Counted from the first letter of the stretch, positions 18,036-28,113 are shown. The stretch is DNA of 64,000 bases from an uncultured Verrucomicrobiales bacterium (GCA_938091905.1 CALKOM010000022.1:32512-96511), one strand, 5' to 3'. Notes: a model not told the origin generated them from the letters alone. Program-made: numbers and translations.

Positions 18036-19403
18036 CTAACGTCGTCGCCTCGTTGGTGCCGTCTCGGTTAGGTGTCTGAGGACGCCTTGTGCGTAGACGA
18101 TGGTGACTATCGTCATGGCAATGTTGATGATGGCCATGCTGTACCAGAAGCCATGGAGTTGAAACTCGTAAATCCGGACCACGGTGTAGAAGACGCCAAT
18201 AGGCAGAATGATCTTTCTGATTATTGATTCAACGAAGCCATACATGGGACGTTTCACAGCCTGAAGAAAGCCGGTATGAACAAAGGTCATGACATATGCC
18301 CATTGAATGAATGTCATGACTCGGATATAATTGGTGCCGATAGAGATGACTTCGGAATCTTTGGTGAAGAGGCGCACGAGAGGCTCTGCGAAGGCGAACA
18401 TGAGGACCGAAGCAACTGCAATGAGAACAATGCCATAGCATACGCAGAGCTGGACACATTCGCGCACGCGATCGAGTTTGCCTGCACCGTTGTTCTGGCC
18501 AACGACAGAGACGATGGCGGCACTGATACCAATGGCGGGAAGCAAGGCAATTTGCTCGATGCGTGTGCCTACGCCGAAGGCAGCTACTGACACTTGTCCG
18601 TAGTATTTCAAGAAGTAGGTGGTAACAAAGAAACCTAAGGCGATAGACATCATGTTGAAGCTTGTGGGAACACCTTGCTTGAGAATCATGCTGTAGGTCT
18701 TCCACTGCGGCATGAGGCAGTTGAGTCCCGTGAACCTGACGTAGCCCCGGCGCCAAACCGTGGTTAAGAGATATAAGCCTCCGAGCGCTTGAATGACGAC
18801 GGTGGCCCAGGCGATGCCCGCGATCCCGAAGGCGGGCAGGCCAAAGCCTCCGTAGAGAAACCATGGATCGAGCACGAGATTAAGAAAGAAGCCGCCGACT
18901 AACACCCGTCCGAAGGTCTTGCTATCGCCGTTTGCTAGGAGAACGGCATTGCTCATGCTACTGAGAAGAAAGAAGATCGCTCCCCAGAAGAGAGGAGAAA
19001 TGTAGCGGTTGGCGATGTCAAGATAGGCACCACTCGCGCCCATGGCCTTGAACAGTGGCGGAGCAACGGTCAATCCGATAACGGTGAGACCAATGGCGCA
19101 GAGGAAACCTAGCGAGAACACTTGGGAGGAGAGGGCTATCTCTTCCTCACGATCCTTGGCACCGATGGCATTGGCTATTAAGGCAGAGGAGCCCCGTGCG
19201 ATGCCTTCGCTCACGGCAATGATGATGAAGAAGACCGGAAATGAGAGTGCCAGGGCAGCCAATGCTGTCGTCGACACTTGGCCAGCGTAAAAAGAGTCCA
19301 CGACGTTGTACATCGTGTTGAAGAAGAATCCGATGCTCATCGGCAGTGCGATGCTGCGGATGTGCTTTGGGATCGAGCCGGTGATCAGTGAGGCGGTGGC
19401 CAT
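18036..19403 (-). CDS. MATE-family efflux transporter
   Basis: LITGSIPKHIRSIALP, YNVVDSFYAG, LNLVLDP, GIAGIAWAT, VGQNNGAG; about 12 TM helices; start moved to MATAS. Confidence 0.92.
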   Translation of the reverse strand: MATASLITGSIPKHIRSIALPMSIGFFFNTMYNVVDSFYAGQVSTTALAALALSFPVFFIIIAVSEGIARGSSALIANAIGAKDREEEIALSSQVFSLGFLCAIGLTVIGLTVAPPLFKAMGASGAYLDIANRYISPLFWGAIFFLLSSMSNAVLLANGDSKTFGRVLVGGFFLNLVLDPWFLYGGFGLPAFGIAGIAWATVVIQALGGLYLLTTVWRRGYVRFTGLNCLMPQWKTYSMILKQGVPTSFNMMSIALGFFVTTYFLKYYGQVSVAAFGVGTRIEQIALLPAIGISAAIVSVVGQNNGAGKLDRVRECVQLCVCYGIVLIAVASVLMFAFAEPLVRLFTKDSEVISIGTNYIRVMTFIQWAYVMTFVHTGFLQAVKRPMYGFVESIIRKIILPIGVFYTVVRIYEFQLHGFWYSMAIINIAMTIVTIVYAQGVLRHLTETAPTRRRR

Positions 19404-19446
19404 GGTTGTGAGGGAAATCTTGAGACTTCCGCTATGCCGACGTGAG

Positions 19447-19650
19447 TTAGCCGCCAGCGACGACAAGAATGATCTCTAACTGATCACCATCAGCTACCAC
19501 GGTGTCAGCATGTTCACGCTGACGGAGAGCGATGCCATTGTGTTCGACAAGAACGGGGCGTTCGCCAAAGCCTAGCTGGCTCAAGAGTGCTGTGAGCGCC
19601 ATTTCCGAGGCGTCGAACTCTTTGGACTCGCCATTCAGTTTAAGAGTCAT
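19447..19650 (-). CDS. thiS: Sulfur carrier protein ThiS
   Basis: 67 aa; LNGE...VEHNG...GDQLEII..VAGG with C-terminal GG; adjacent to thiH. Confidence 0.93.
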   Translation of the reverse strand: MTLKLNGESKEFDASEMALTALLSQLGFGERPVLVEHNGIALRQREHADTVVADGDQLEIILVVAGG

Positions 19651-19652
19651 TG

Positions 19653-20786
19653 TTAGTTGGGTGTTAGTATCGCTTCGTCCCAATCTTTCCAAACGGGGTC
19701 CAAGCCTTGAGCTCGGAGCATGTTCGCAACTTCTTCAGGTGTGCGCTCATCAGCGATGCCGAATTGCTCGGTGGCACGTTCGCAACCATTGCCAGGGCTT
19801 TCTTCAAGCTCCTCACGGCGGCCGCGCACGGTCAGGTGGAGGTCTTCTGTTCCCTGGCCGGTGTAGCCGCCGGGTTCCGTGTGGCTACCGGCACTCATGG
19901 AGGTGATGCCCAGCGGGGCGATGGCGTCGCGGAGTGCGGCTGGTTCTCGAGTGCTCAGAACAATACCGACCTCCGCGAAACAAAGACGAAAGGCGGCTAC
20001 GAGCTGAACAAAGTTTGGATCATCGAGTTGATACTTTGGTTGATACTCACCGGCATGGGGACGCATGCGAGGGAAGCTGATGGTGAAAGATGCCTTCCAA
20101 CAGGTGCGCATAAGATACTCGAGGTGAGCGGCGAGGCCCATCGCTTCAATGCGCCAATCTGCTAGTCCAAAGAGAGCGCCGATTCCGATGCGCCTGAAGC
20201 CACCCTCATATGCCCGCTCGGGACACTGCAAACGCCAATCAAAGTTTTTTTTCGGACCCGCGGTGTGGAGTTCTTTGTAGGTCTCGCGGTCGTAGGTTTC
20301 TTGATAAACGACGAGGCCTTCGCAGCCGGCGTCGACCATGCGCCCGTATTCATCTGCTTCCATCGGCCCGACTTCGAGGGCGATGGTAGGTATGAACGTT
20401 TTGAGGGCGGTGATGCATTTCTCTAGATAGCCGTTGGAAACGAACTTTGGGTGTTCGCCAGCTACGAGAAGGATGTGTCGGAAGCCTTGGTCCGCGAGGT
20501 GCTTTGCTTCTGTGACGACTTGGGGAATGTCTAACGTGACACGGAAAATGTCTGTGTTGTCGCGGGAGAAGCCACAGTAAGTGCAGTTATTCACGCACTC
20601 GTTAGACACGTAGAGCGGAGCGAAGAGCCGCATCGTCTTGCCGAAGTTCTGGCGCGTCTTCCGCTGGGCCTCATTCACAAGCCCCTCGAGCTCGCCGGGA
20701 GATTTGGGAGCGAGGAGATTCTCGAAGCGACGTAAGAGCGGGGATCGCTCGTTGGGAAGGCGGTTGAAATGGGGAACAAAGGACAC
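19653..20786 (-). CDS. thiH: 2-iminoacetate synthase (radical SAM tyrosine lyase)
   Basis: LFAPLYVSNECVNNCTYCGFS (CxxxCxxC), VYQETY, SFPRMRP, MSAGSHTEPGGY, PVWKDWD; GTG start at 20786 inferred. Confidence 0.93.
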   Translation of the reverse strand: MSFVPHFNRLPNERSPLLRRFENLLAPKSPGELEGLVNEAQRKTRQNFGKTMRLFAPLYVSNECVNNCTYCGFSRDNTDIFRVTLDIPQVVTEAKHLADQGFRHILLVAGEHPKFVSNGYLEKCITALKTFIPTIALEVGPMEADEYGRMVDAGCEGLVVYQETYDRETYKELHTAGPKKNFDWRLQCPERAYEGGFRRIGIGALFGLADWRIEAMGLAAHLEYLMRTCWKASFTISFPRMRPHAGEYQPKYQLDDPNFVQLVAAFRLCFAEVGIVLSTREPAALRDAIAPLGITSMSAGSHTEPGGYTGQGTEDLHLTVRGRREELEESPGNGCERATEQFGIADERTPEEVANMLRAQGLDPVWKDWDEAILTPN

Positions 20787-20860
20787 GGTAGAGACCAACG
20801 CGGTGGCTTGGGATCTACCGCCAGCGCCATGGGAAATGCAAGGGCGGAAAGCCGCTTCCG

Positions 20861-22603
20861 TTACTCCGTGGCGATCCAGCAGTATTGGTAGCCTGAGAGC
20901 GGGATGTTTTTCGCCTCGTGATCGATGAAGAGCCCATCGGCGAGATTGCGGAGTTTGTGGTGGGTCTCGCTGTTCCAGTTCAGAGCAGCGAAGACAGTCG
21001 TCATTAGAACAGGCTGAGCTTCGGCCGTCACGTTGAAGAGGCAAAGTATACGCTGGCTGCTGTCCTTGGCGATTCTGACAAAGGCAAAGACATGGTCTCC
21101 GATATTGAGTGTTTCCTGAAGGGCATCAGGATGGAAGGCGGGATAATTGGCGCGGCGGCGGAGGAGGGCACGGATCGCTTCGAAGATCTTCGAAGCGTTG
21201 CCATCCTCTTGGGTGATGAGATCCTCGACGTCTTGTTTGTTCCAGCGTTTGCGATTGATGGCGCGGAAGTGGCCGTGTTCTTGAACACCTTGGAGGTCAT
21301 TCTCGGTGCCTATCAGGCTGTTAAAGTAGAGGGCGGGAATGCCGCGCATGGACACGGCGACGGCCTGTGAGCAGAGGAAACGTTGGCGGCCAAGGGCAGG
21401 GTCCTGTGCGTGTGAGAGGGCGGAGGCATACGTGATGTTGAGTTCGTAGGGGCTCTCCGAACCATCTTCCGTCCGGCGCATGCTGACATGGCCATGGCGC
21501 TGCTCGACTTCTTCTACTAGCCATTCAAGATCTTCGTGGGGAAGTAGGCCGTGCAGCGGACGCACGCCGATGCCGTCATGGGAAGCCGTGAAGTTGAGAA
21601 AGGTGGTGCCTTCTTCGAGTGGAGGCAACGAGGTCGCCCATTGGCGTAGTTCGGCGCAGGTGCCTCTCAGCATACTGTAGAGCAGAAGTGGTGGTAGGCT
21701 GAACTGATAGACCATGTGGGCCTCGTCTCGTTGCCCAAAGTAACTGATGTTCTCTTCGTGCGGGACATTTGTCTCTGTGAGGAGAATCGTTTGCGGAGCC
21801 ACCATGTCGACCAGGTCACGGAAGAGTTTGACGATCTCATGAGTCTCCTCGAGATGGATGCACGAGGTATTAGCGCGTTTCCAGAGAAAAGCGACCGCGT
21901 CCAAGCGGATGATCCGCATGCCTTTCGAGATGTAAAAGAAGAGGATATCAATGAACTCGAACAGGACGTTGGGATTCTGCCAGTTCAGGTCGACCTGATC
22001 AGCACTGAACGTGGTCCATACGTGTTGCTTGCCATCTCGAGTCAGCACATTGGTGAGCAGAGGCGAGGAGCGTGGACGGACGACTTTGGAATGGTCCTCT
22101 TCTGGATCGGCGTTTATGAAGTAGTGGTTGTACGGTTCGATTCCCTGCACGAAGTCTTGAAACCAAGGGCTCTCAGAGGAGCAATGGTTGAGGACGAGGT
22201 CGAACATCATTTGGAAGCTTTGGGAAAGAGCTTCGATGTCCTGCCAGTCACCATAGCGTGAGTCGACCTTTCGGTAGTCCACCACGGAGAAGCCGTCATC
22301 GGAGGTCCAGGGGGAGAAGGGGAGAATGTGGACCGTGCGGAAGGCACCAGGCAGGCGTTTTTCAAGGAAGCGCTTGAGCGTGACGAGCGGGCGCTCACCC
22401 TCGCATTGAACGATGTCGGCGTAGGTGATGAGCAAGGTGTCTTTCTCCGTCCAGCGCTCCGTTAGCGGAACGACGTTGATGCCGACGCCGTAGCGTCCGA
22501 TCATCATGTGAAGGCGCTCAAGCAATTCAGGAGCACGATCGCCATACAATTTCACCAAGCGCTTGCGAATGCGCTCCATGGATTCTTGGGAAACGATCTT
22601 CAT
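20861..22603 (-). CDS. GH13_18 glycoside phosphorylase, glucosylglycerate phosphorylase-like
   Basis: SDDGFSV, DLVLNH, WTTFSADQVDLN, RLDAVAFLWK (nucleophile), TETNVPH (acid/base), ASHDGIGVRP, PYELN. Confidence 0.88.
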   Translation of the reverse strand: MKIVSQESMERIRKRLVKLYGDRAPELLERLHMMIGRYGVGINVVPLTERWTEKDTLLITYADIVQCEGERPLVTLKRFLEKRLPGAFRTVHILPFSPWTSDDGFSVVDYRKVDSRYGDWQDIEALSQSFQMMFDLVLNHCSSESPWFQDFVQGIEPYNHYFINADPEEDHSKVVRPRSSPLLTNVLTRDGKQHVWTTFSADQVDLNWQNPNVLFEFIDILFFYISKGMRIIRLDAVAFLWKRANTSCIHLEETHEIVKLFRDLVDMVAPQTILLTETNVPHEENISYFGQRDEAHMVYQFSLPPLLLYSMLRGTCAELRQWATSLPPLEEGTTFLNFTASHDGIGVRPLHGLLPHEDLEWLVEEVEQRHGHVSMRRTEDGSESPYELNITYASALSHAQDPALGRQRFLCSQAVAVSMRGIPALYFNSLIGTENDLQGVQEHGHFRAINRKRWNKQDVEDLITQEDGNASKIFEAIRALLRRRANYPAFHPDALQETLNIGDHVFAFVRIAKDSSQRILCLFNVTAEAQPVLMTTVFAALNWNSETHHKLRNLADGLFIDHEAKNIPLSGYQYCWIATE

Positions 22604-23853
22604 GAGGGAAGGCTTTGCATGAGGGCCTGGAGCGTGGCCCGGAGACCAGTGTAGCCGAAGTGTTGCTTTGCAAGAGCGTAGTTGTGGTCGACCATGGCTC
22701 GCTGGGCCTCGGGGTCTGCCATGAGTTGCTGCACTTCCCCGACGGTTTCTTTGGCAACGAAGCCGTCGATGGAGATCACGCGAAAACCCTTGGGTTCGAT
22801 GTCTTCGACATAGACCGCGTATCGATTGACCAGCACGGGTTTCCTAAAATAGAACGCCTCCAAGAGCGCGTTGCCAAAGCCTTCGTAGAGGCTTGGAAAG
22901 GTCACGAGATCTGCTTGGGGATAGATATCCCACAGCGTGTAGCATTTCTTGCCGTGGGCGTCCGTCTGACGTTCTTCGCTGATGCGTTCGGCTACGCAGC
23001 GCAGGTCGACGCCTTCCGCGCCGGCAATCTCCACGAGTTGGTCGTGGTAGGCGTAACCCTCGTCACCGGCGTCATGGGAGATGACGACTTTGTAGCGAGG
23101 ATCCTTGAGCATGCCGATAAGTTTGATCGTGTGCTCAATGCCTTTGCGCGGGACGATACGCGTCGGTTGCAGCACAAGAATGTCGTCGTCAGCAAGGCCG
23201 ATCTGTTGCCGGAAATCGGCACTGTAGTCATCGGGTTGAGGAGGTGGAGACTCGAATTGAAAGACGTTTGGAACTAGCATCGACCCCAAGCCCTTGCGGA
23301 AGGCGAGTGCTGTCTGGGCTGATGAATTGATTACCGCATGGCGAATATTTGGCAGCGATGGCGGGAAAGCAGCATCGAGGTGATCCTTGACAGCCGTGAT
23401 GCTGAAGCGCTCACGTTCCCAGTAGAAGTCGTGGTGGTGGGCGATGGCGGGTAGCTGCGTCTCGGCGAGAAACTCGGTGATGGCGAGCCCCAGCGGAAGG
23501 TGCATGGGAATGGTGAGCGCGTTTTGAGGGATGAGGAGATCGATTTCGTAGGTCTCAACGAAGCGGTAGAGGGTCGTTTTCAGATAATCAGCCAGGGTAC
23601 GGATCCGTTCGGAAATGACCTTATCGCGGTGTTGGCGCCCCCAGATTCGTTCGGAAATCCAAACGTTCTCGGGATTGCCAAAGTAGGCTTCGGGCACGCA
23701 GAAACTCAGGGTGGGGTCACGATCACTCCGGCCGCTGTACCAGAAACACTGGTGACCTTCCTCAGACAGGACCTGTGCCCACTTCGCTGCCTCTAACGAA
23801 ACGCCATCCGTGCCTGCAAACCTCGTTGAAATGAATCCTATCTTCTGAGCCAT
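22600..23853 (-). CDS. GT4 glycosyltransferase, mannosylglucosyl(-3-phospho)glycerate synthase-like
   Basis: STRFAGTDGVSLEAAKW, HHHDFYWER, QPTRIVPRKGIE, PSLYEGFGNALLEA; stop overlaps the phosphorylase start. Confidence 0.82.
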   Translation of the reverse strand: MAQKIGFISTRFAGTDGVSLEAAKWAQVLSEEGHQCFWYSGRSDRDPTLSFCVPEAYFGNPENVWISERIWGRQHRDKVISERIRTLADYLKTTLYRFVETYEIDLLIPQNALTIPMHLPLGLAITEFLAETQLPAIAHHHDFYWERERFSITAVKDHLDAAFPPSLPNIRHAVINSSAQTALAFRKGLGSMLVPNVFQFESPPPQPDDYSADFRQQIGLADDDILVLQPTRIVPRKGIEHTIKLIGMLKDPRYKVVISHDAGDEGYAYHDQLVEIAGAEGVDLRCVAERISEERQTDAHGKKCYTLWDIYPQADLVTFPSLYEGFGNALLEAFYFRKPVLVNRYAVYVEDIEPKGFRVISIDGFVAKETVGEVQQLMADPEAQRAMVDHNYALAKQHFGYTGLRATLQALMQSLPS

Positions 23854-24004
23854 GAAACTTTGGGGGATTGCCTTCTTGTAGCTAGAGTGATTACGGCTGG
23901 AGTAAAGCGGCAATCCACCACAGGGTAAAAGGCGATTACTGTGCCAAACGTTGAACAAATTCAGATTTACAGAAGGAACGTGCTTTCTAAGCTGAGGCCG
24001 AACG

Positions 24005-25546
24005 ATGGCAGATCCTCCTTCTACTCCCGGCGCCAGACGGCGTTTGGCCATCGTGCACTACCATTTCAAGCCGGGTGGGGTGACCACAGTGGTCGAGCAC
24101 ACCTTGGCAGGGTTGATGGTGTTCGCCGATGCGGAGGTGGTGATTCTCACGGGTGAGCCATACTCAGGCAAGGGGCTAACGAATGTGTATCACGTGCCTG
24201 GGCTTTCCTATGATTCGTTGGATGAACAACGGTCAACACCTGAAGAGCTGGCAGAGGCCCTGCACGAGTTTGCTCGGGCTGGCCTCGATGGGGAATTGCC
24301 CGAAATCTGGCATTGTCATAATCATGCCTTGGGTAAGAACAGCGCACTCCCTGGGGCGTTGGGTCTGCTGGCGCAGGCTGGACAGCGATTGTTTCTCCAT
24401 GTGCACGACTTTGCTGAGGATGGTCGGCCAGAGAATTTCAAGGTCCTCCGGGGCTCTGGTCCTGCCTACCCGGTATTGCCGTCGGTTCACTATGGCACGA
24501 TTAACTCTCGGGACCGCGGCTTGCTGATCGATGCGGGTGTTCCGAAGTCGAGGGTTCACGACCTCGCGAATCCGGTGGTCGCCCATAGCGAGGACCGTCA
24601 TGCGACAGGAAAGCGACCTATTGTTCTCTATCCAACTCGTGGGATTCGACGTAAAAATATTGGGGAAGCTGTTTTGTTAGCGGCTCTGTGCCGTGATCGG
24701 GCTTTCGTCGCAACGACGCGTGTCCCAGACAACCCGCAGTGGCAGGGTGTTCACGATGAGTGGGTTTCCTATGCAGCGGAGAATGCGCTGCCCATCGGCT
24801 TTGGGGTGGTGGGAAAACAGAGTCCGGAGCGTTTAAAGCTTTCGTCAGAAACCGGCCGATCATTGAAGGCTTGGTTAAGTGCGGCTGCCTGTGTGCTCAC
24901 GACTAGTGTGGCCGAGGGGTTTGGGTTGGCCTATGTGGAGTCTTTGCTCGATGGTCTGCCTTTGTTAGGAAGGGATTTGCCAGAGATCACGCGAGACTTT
25001 GTCGATCAGGGCCTGGCATTCCCGGGACTCTATCAAGCCTTGCGTGTTCCGATCTCTTGGATAGATGAAGATGCGCTGAGTGATTTGGTCGAGGAACAAT
25101 TGACTACTGTTTTTGAGGCGTATGAGAAATCGCTCCCACCAGGTGCGGTTTCTCGGGCGCTTTACGCGATGGTGGATCGTCATCAGCGCGTTGATTTCGG
25201 GCGCTTGACGGAGCCCTTTCAACGTGTGGTGATTGATAGGATCATTGCCGATCCCTCTGCGGCAAAGAAGATCATTGTAGAAACTCCAGGGGCGCTCGTG
25301 AATGTGATTTTCTGGCTGGATAGCTGGTTCGAGGAAGGGCTTGAAATCCCCAAATTGAATGAACAGCGCCGCCTTCTGCGCAAGATGTCTTCGCCTCGTG
25401 CTTACACCGAGCGGCTCACTTCTGCCTACGATGTCCTGGAGAATGAGCCTGTTGCGGACTCGGACGCTAGCCTCGAGTCCGATGTGGGTGTAGGTATACT
25501 AGAGGCGTTTCTTTCCCCTGAGAGGTTTCAACTCCTCCGGTCTTAG
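24005..25546 (+). CDS. GT-B (GT4-like) glycosyltransferase
   Basis: IVHYHFKPGGVTTVV, HNHALGKN, HDFAEDGRP, YPTRGIRRKNIGE, TTSVAEGFGLAYVE. Confidence 0.82.
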   Translation: MADPPSTPGARRRLAIVHYHFKPGGVTTVVEHTLAGLMVFADAEVVILTGEPYSGKGLTNVYHVPGLSYDSLDEQRSTPEELAEALHEFARAGLDGELPEIWHCHNHALGKNSALPGALGLLAQAGQRLFLHVHDFAEDGRPENFKVLRGSGPAYPVLPSVHYGTINSRDRGLLIDAGVPKSRVHDLANPVVAHSEDRHATGKRPIVLYPTRGIRRKNIGEAVLLAALCRDRAFVATTRVPDNPQWQGVHDEWVSYAAENALPIGFGVVGKQSPERLKLSSETGRSLKAWLSAAACVLTTSVAEGFGLAYVESLLDGLPLLGRDLPEITRDFVDQGLAFPGLYQALRVPISWIDEDALSDLVEEQLTTVFEAYEKSLPPGAVSRALYAMVDRHQRVDFGRLTEPFQRVVIDRIIADPSAAKKIIVETPGALVNVIFWLDSWFEEGLEIPKLNEQRRLLRKMSSPRAYTERLTSAYDVLENEPVADSDASLESDVGVGILEAFLSPERFQLLRS

Positions 25547-25550
25547 TTGT

Positions 25551-26399
25551 ATGGTATCTCTGATAGAATCCCTCACCCATCCCCTTGTGATGCAACCCAC
25601 CGGGGAGACGTCAAGAATGGCTCCGCTAGCCGGAATCAAGGCGGTCGTCTTCGATATCTACGGTACCCTGCTCATCTCTGGTTCCGGTGACACCGGACTG
25701 AACTGCGATGAATCCACAGCCGAGGCGGCGATGACGGAAGCATTCAACGCGGAAGGAATCGTGACGACGCCCACTATGGAGTTGGCCAAAGGGAGACAGC
25801 GGCTCATCTTGCAAGAACATTCCCGTTTAAAAGCGGCGGGCACAGAGTTCCCTGAAGTGGAGATCCGCGAGATCTGGAAACGTCTCCTTGCTGAATCACA
25901 TTTCACCATTCCAGATGATCTGCTAGAGCGGGTTATCATGCGTCACGAGTGCGTGGTCAATCCTGTCTGGCCGATGGCTGGGGCGAAAGAGCTGCTCACC
26001 GAGTGCCAGAATCGCGGGCTATCCATGGGAATCATTTCCAATGCGCAATTCTACACGCGACCGCTTGTTGAGTATTTGTTAGGTGGGGCGGTGGAGGATC
26101 TCGGGTTTCGTAAGGATTTGTGTCTCTGGTCTTTCAAGGAACGAGAAGCTAAGCCGTCTCGAGAGCTCTTTGCCAGGCTTGGTGCCTTGCTGGAGCGGGA
26201 GGGGATCGCGTCGGGTGAGGTTCTCTATATCGGAAATGATATGCGCAATGATGTCGCGCCGGCTGCGGCTCAGGGATTTCGCACGGCTCTCTTTGCGGGA
26301 GATGCCCGCTCGCTTCGTAAGCGGGAGGATGATGGTCTCACGGTGAGACCGGATCTCATTTTGACGGACCTGGATCAATTGATCTCCTGCCTTTCTTGA
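25551..26399 (+). CDS. HAD-superfamily hydrolase/phosphatase
   Basis: FDIYGTL (motif I), ISNAQ (II), KP (III), IGNDMRND (IV); starts 4 nt after the GT stop. Confidence 0.88.
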   Translation: MVSLIESLTHPLVMQPTGETSRMAPLAGIKAVVFDIYGTLLISGSGDTGLNCDESTAEAAMTEAFNAEGIVTTPTMELAKGRQRLILQEHSRLKAAGTEFPEVEIREIWKRLLAESHFTIPDDLLERVIMRHECVVNPVWPMAGAKELLTECQNRGLSMGIISNAQFYTRPLVEYLLGGAVEDLGFRKDLCLWSFKEREAKPSRELFARLGALLEREGIASGEVLYIGNDMRNDVAPAAAQGFRTALFAGDARSLRKREDDGLTVRPDLILTDLDQLISCLS

Positions 26400-26437
26400 A
26401 TGATGGACTTTCGGTGACCGCTTAACTAACGTTGGTC

Positions 26438-28084
26438 ATGCCTGCGTCGAATTCAGCTGTGGAGACCTACCTTGCTAAGGCGGCGAGGCGTCGACAGTGG
26501 GTCGAGTTCGGCCGTCAGGTCGTATGTATGCTCTGGATCCTTGGAGGGCTCTTTTTGATTTGGCTTTTGGTTGCTCGGCTTTCTGCAGTGATTTCAGATA
26601 GACATGCCGTGGCTCTCCTAGGTGGTCTCCCCGTGGTTGCGGGGATTCTTGCCTGGTTCACCCATCGAAGAGTTTCAGAGAAAGAGGCCGCGACGGTGGT
26701 TGATCGCTATGAGGGCAACCACGATCTCTTTCTCACGGCGATGCATTTGAATGAAAGCTCGGGTGACTACCAAGAGCAGATTCGCGAACGAGCAGAGGCG
26801 AAAGCAAGCGTGGAAGCCCCGCTTGGAAAGATGATTCCGTGGGCTTGGCAGAAACCGTGTTTTCGGTTGTTAGGTGGACTGCTAGTGCTGGTCGTCGCTC
26901 TTCTCTTTCTACCTCAGCTGGACCCCTTTGGGAAAGAGGAGACACGAGACTGGTTGACCAAGCAGGAGGAACGCCTGGAAGAGCTTCGGAAGAGGAACGA
27001 GGAAGCCCGTGCTTTGCTGAAGCCAGAGGACACTGAGCAGCGAGGGGAAGAGATCGCTCAGGCGCTCTCCAAGCTTGAACAAACGTTTCAGCTAGCGCGT
27101 CCTGAGCAGCAGGAAGCCACGCGCAAGGCGTTGCGGGACCAGCAGAAAGAGTTAGGCAAGTTTTGGCAACAGCTCGACGACGAGAAGCTGACCAAAGCGC
27201 TCGATAAAGAGAGCGACCGCTGGCAGAAGATCGGACAGACCGAGGCTTCGATGTCGCCTGACGCGAAGGCTATGCGGGATGAGCTTCGGGAGATGCTTCG
27301 CAGTGGCGATGCCAAGAAGCTGCAGGATCGCCTGGCGGAAATGCTAGAGAAAGTTGAGAAGCAGCAGCAACAGAATCAGAGTGGGGAATCTAGCGAAGAG
27401 CAAGCGGCGCTGAAGGACAGTTTGCAGGAACTCGCCAGCGCCATTTCAGCGGTGTCGCCATCGGATCCGCTCAAAGCAAGTTTGCAGCGTGCGATTGAAC
27501 AGATGCAAATGGCTCAGAACCCAGATTTACAAGATCAAGCCATGGAAGGTGCGCAACAGTCCATGGAGCAATTGCAGAAGCAGATTGAGTCTCTAGCCGA
27601 ACAGTTAAAGCAGTTGAATGACTTGGAATCTGGTATGGATGCTGCTCAGCTCGCCCAGCAGCTTAATGAGCTTGGGCAAATGTCGGGCCAGGAGCCGGGA
27701 GGCAAGGGCATAAAGAGCTACGCTGATCTTTACAAACAGCTTCTCGCCGAGTCGCAGGGAGGTGGAGGTCCAGGGATGCGAGGACAAGGTACGGGCGAGG
27801 GTGGGGTGGCCCCGGAGGATGTCAGCTTGGCCACGGGTTTTAAGAAGGAGCAGTCGCCGTCACATCTTGTGGCTGGGAAGACCTTGCTACAGTGGCAGAC
27901 GAAAGAAGCCTCGGAGGCGGGGCAGGCAACGGACGCTTATCAGGAGTCTATCCAGCAGCTCAAGCAGGGCTTGAGTGAGGCTATTCGTCAGGAGAAAGTG
28001 CCTGCAGGTTACCATGATCAGATTCAGCGCTATTTCGATACGTTAAAAGAAGAGCCTGCGCCCGATGCGGATGGCCTTGACTGA
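26438..28084 (+). CDS. Membrane-anchored coiled-coil protein, function unknown
   Basis: Three N-terminal hydrophobic segments, a long Q/E-rich coiled coil, a Gly-rich linker, and C-terminal VPAGYHDQIQRYF. Confidence 0.75.
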   Translation: MPASNSAVETYLAKAARRRQWVEFGRQVVCMLWILGGLFLIWLLVARLSAVISDRHAVALLGGLPVVAGILAWFTHRRVSEKEAATVVDRYEGNHDLFLTAMHLNESSGDYQEQIRERAEAKASVEAPLGKMIPWAWQKPCFRLLGGLLVLVVALLFLPQLDPFGKEETRDWLTKQEERLEELRKRNEEARALLKPEDTEQRGEEIAQALSKLEQTFQLARPEQQEATRKALRDQQKELGKFWQQLDDEKLTKALDKESDRWQKIGQTEASMSPDAKAMRDELREMLRSGDAKKLQDRLAEMLEKVEKQQQQNQSGESSEEQAALKDSLQELASAISAVSPSDPLKASLQRAIEQMQMAQNPDLQDQAMEGAQQSMEQLQKQIESLAEQLKQLNDLESGMDAAQLAQQLNELGQMSGQEPGGKGIKSYADLYKQLLAESQGGGGPGMRGQGTGEGGVAPEDVSLATGFKKEQSPSHLVAGKTLLQWQTKEASEAGQATDAYQESIQQLKQGLSEAIRQEKVPAGYHDQIQRYFDTLKEEPAPDADGLD

Positions 28085-28113
28085 GTCCATGGGCTCGCAC
28101 ACCATCCGGGCTT

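Noticed and set aside
20787..20860. TPP riboswitch upstream of thiH
   Set aside because: The leader is only 74 bp and lacks the conserved CUGAGA core.
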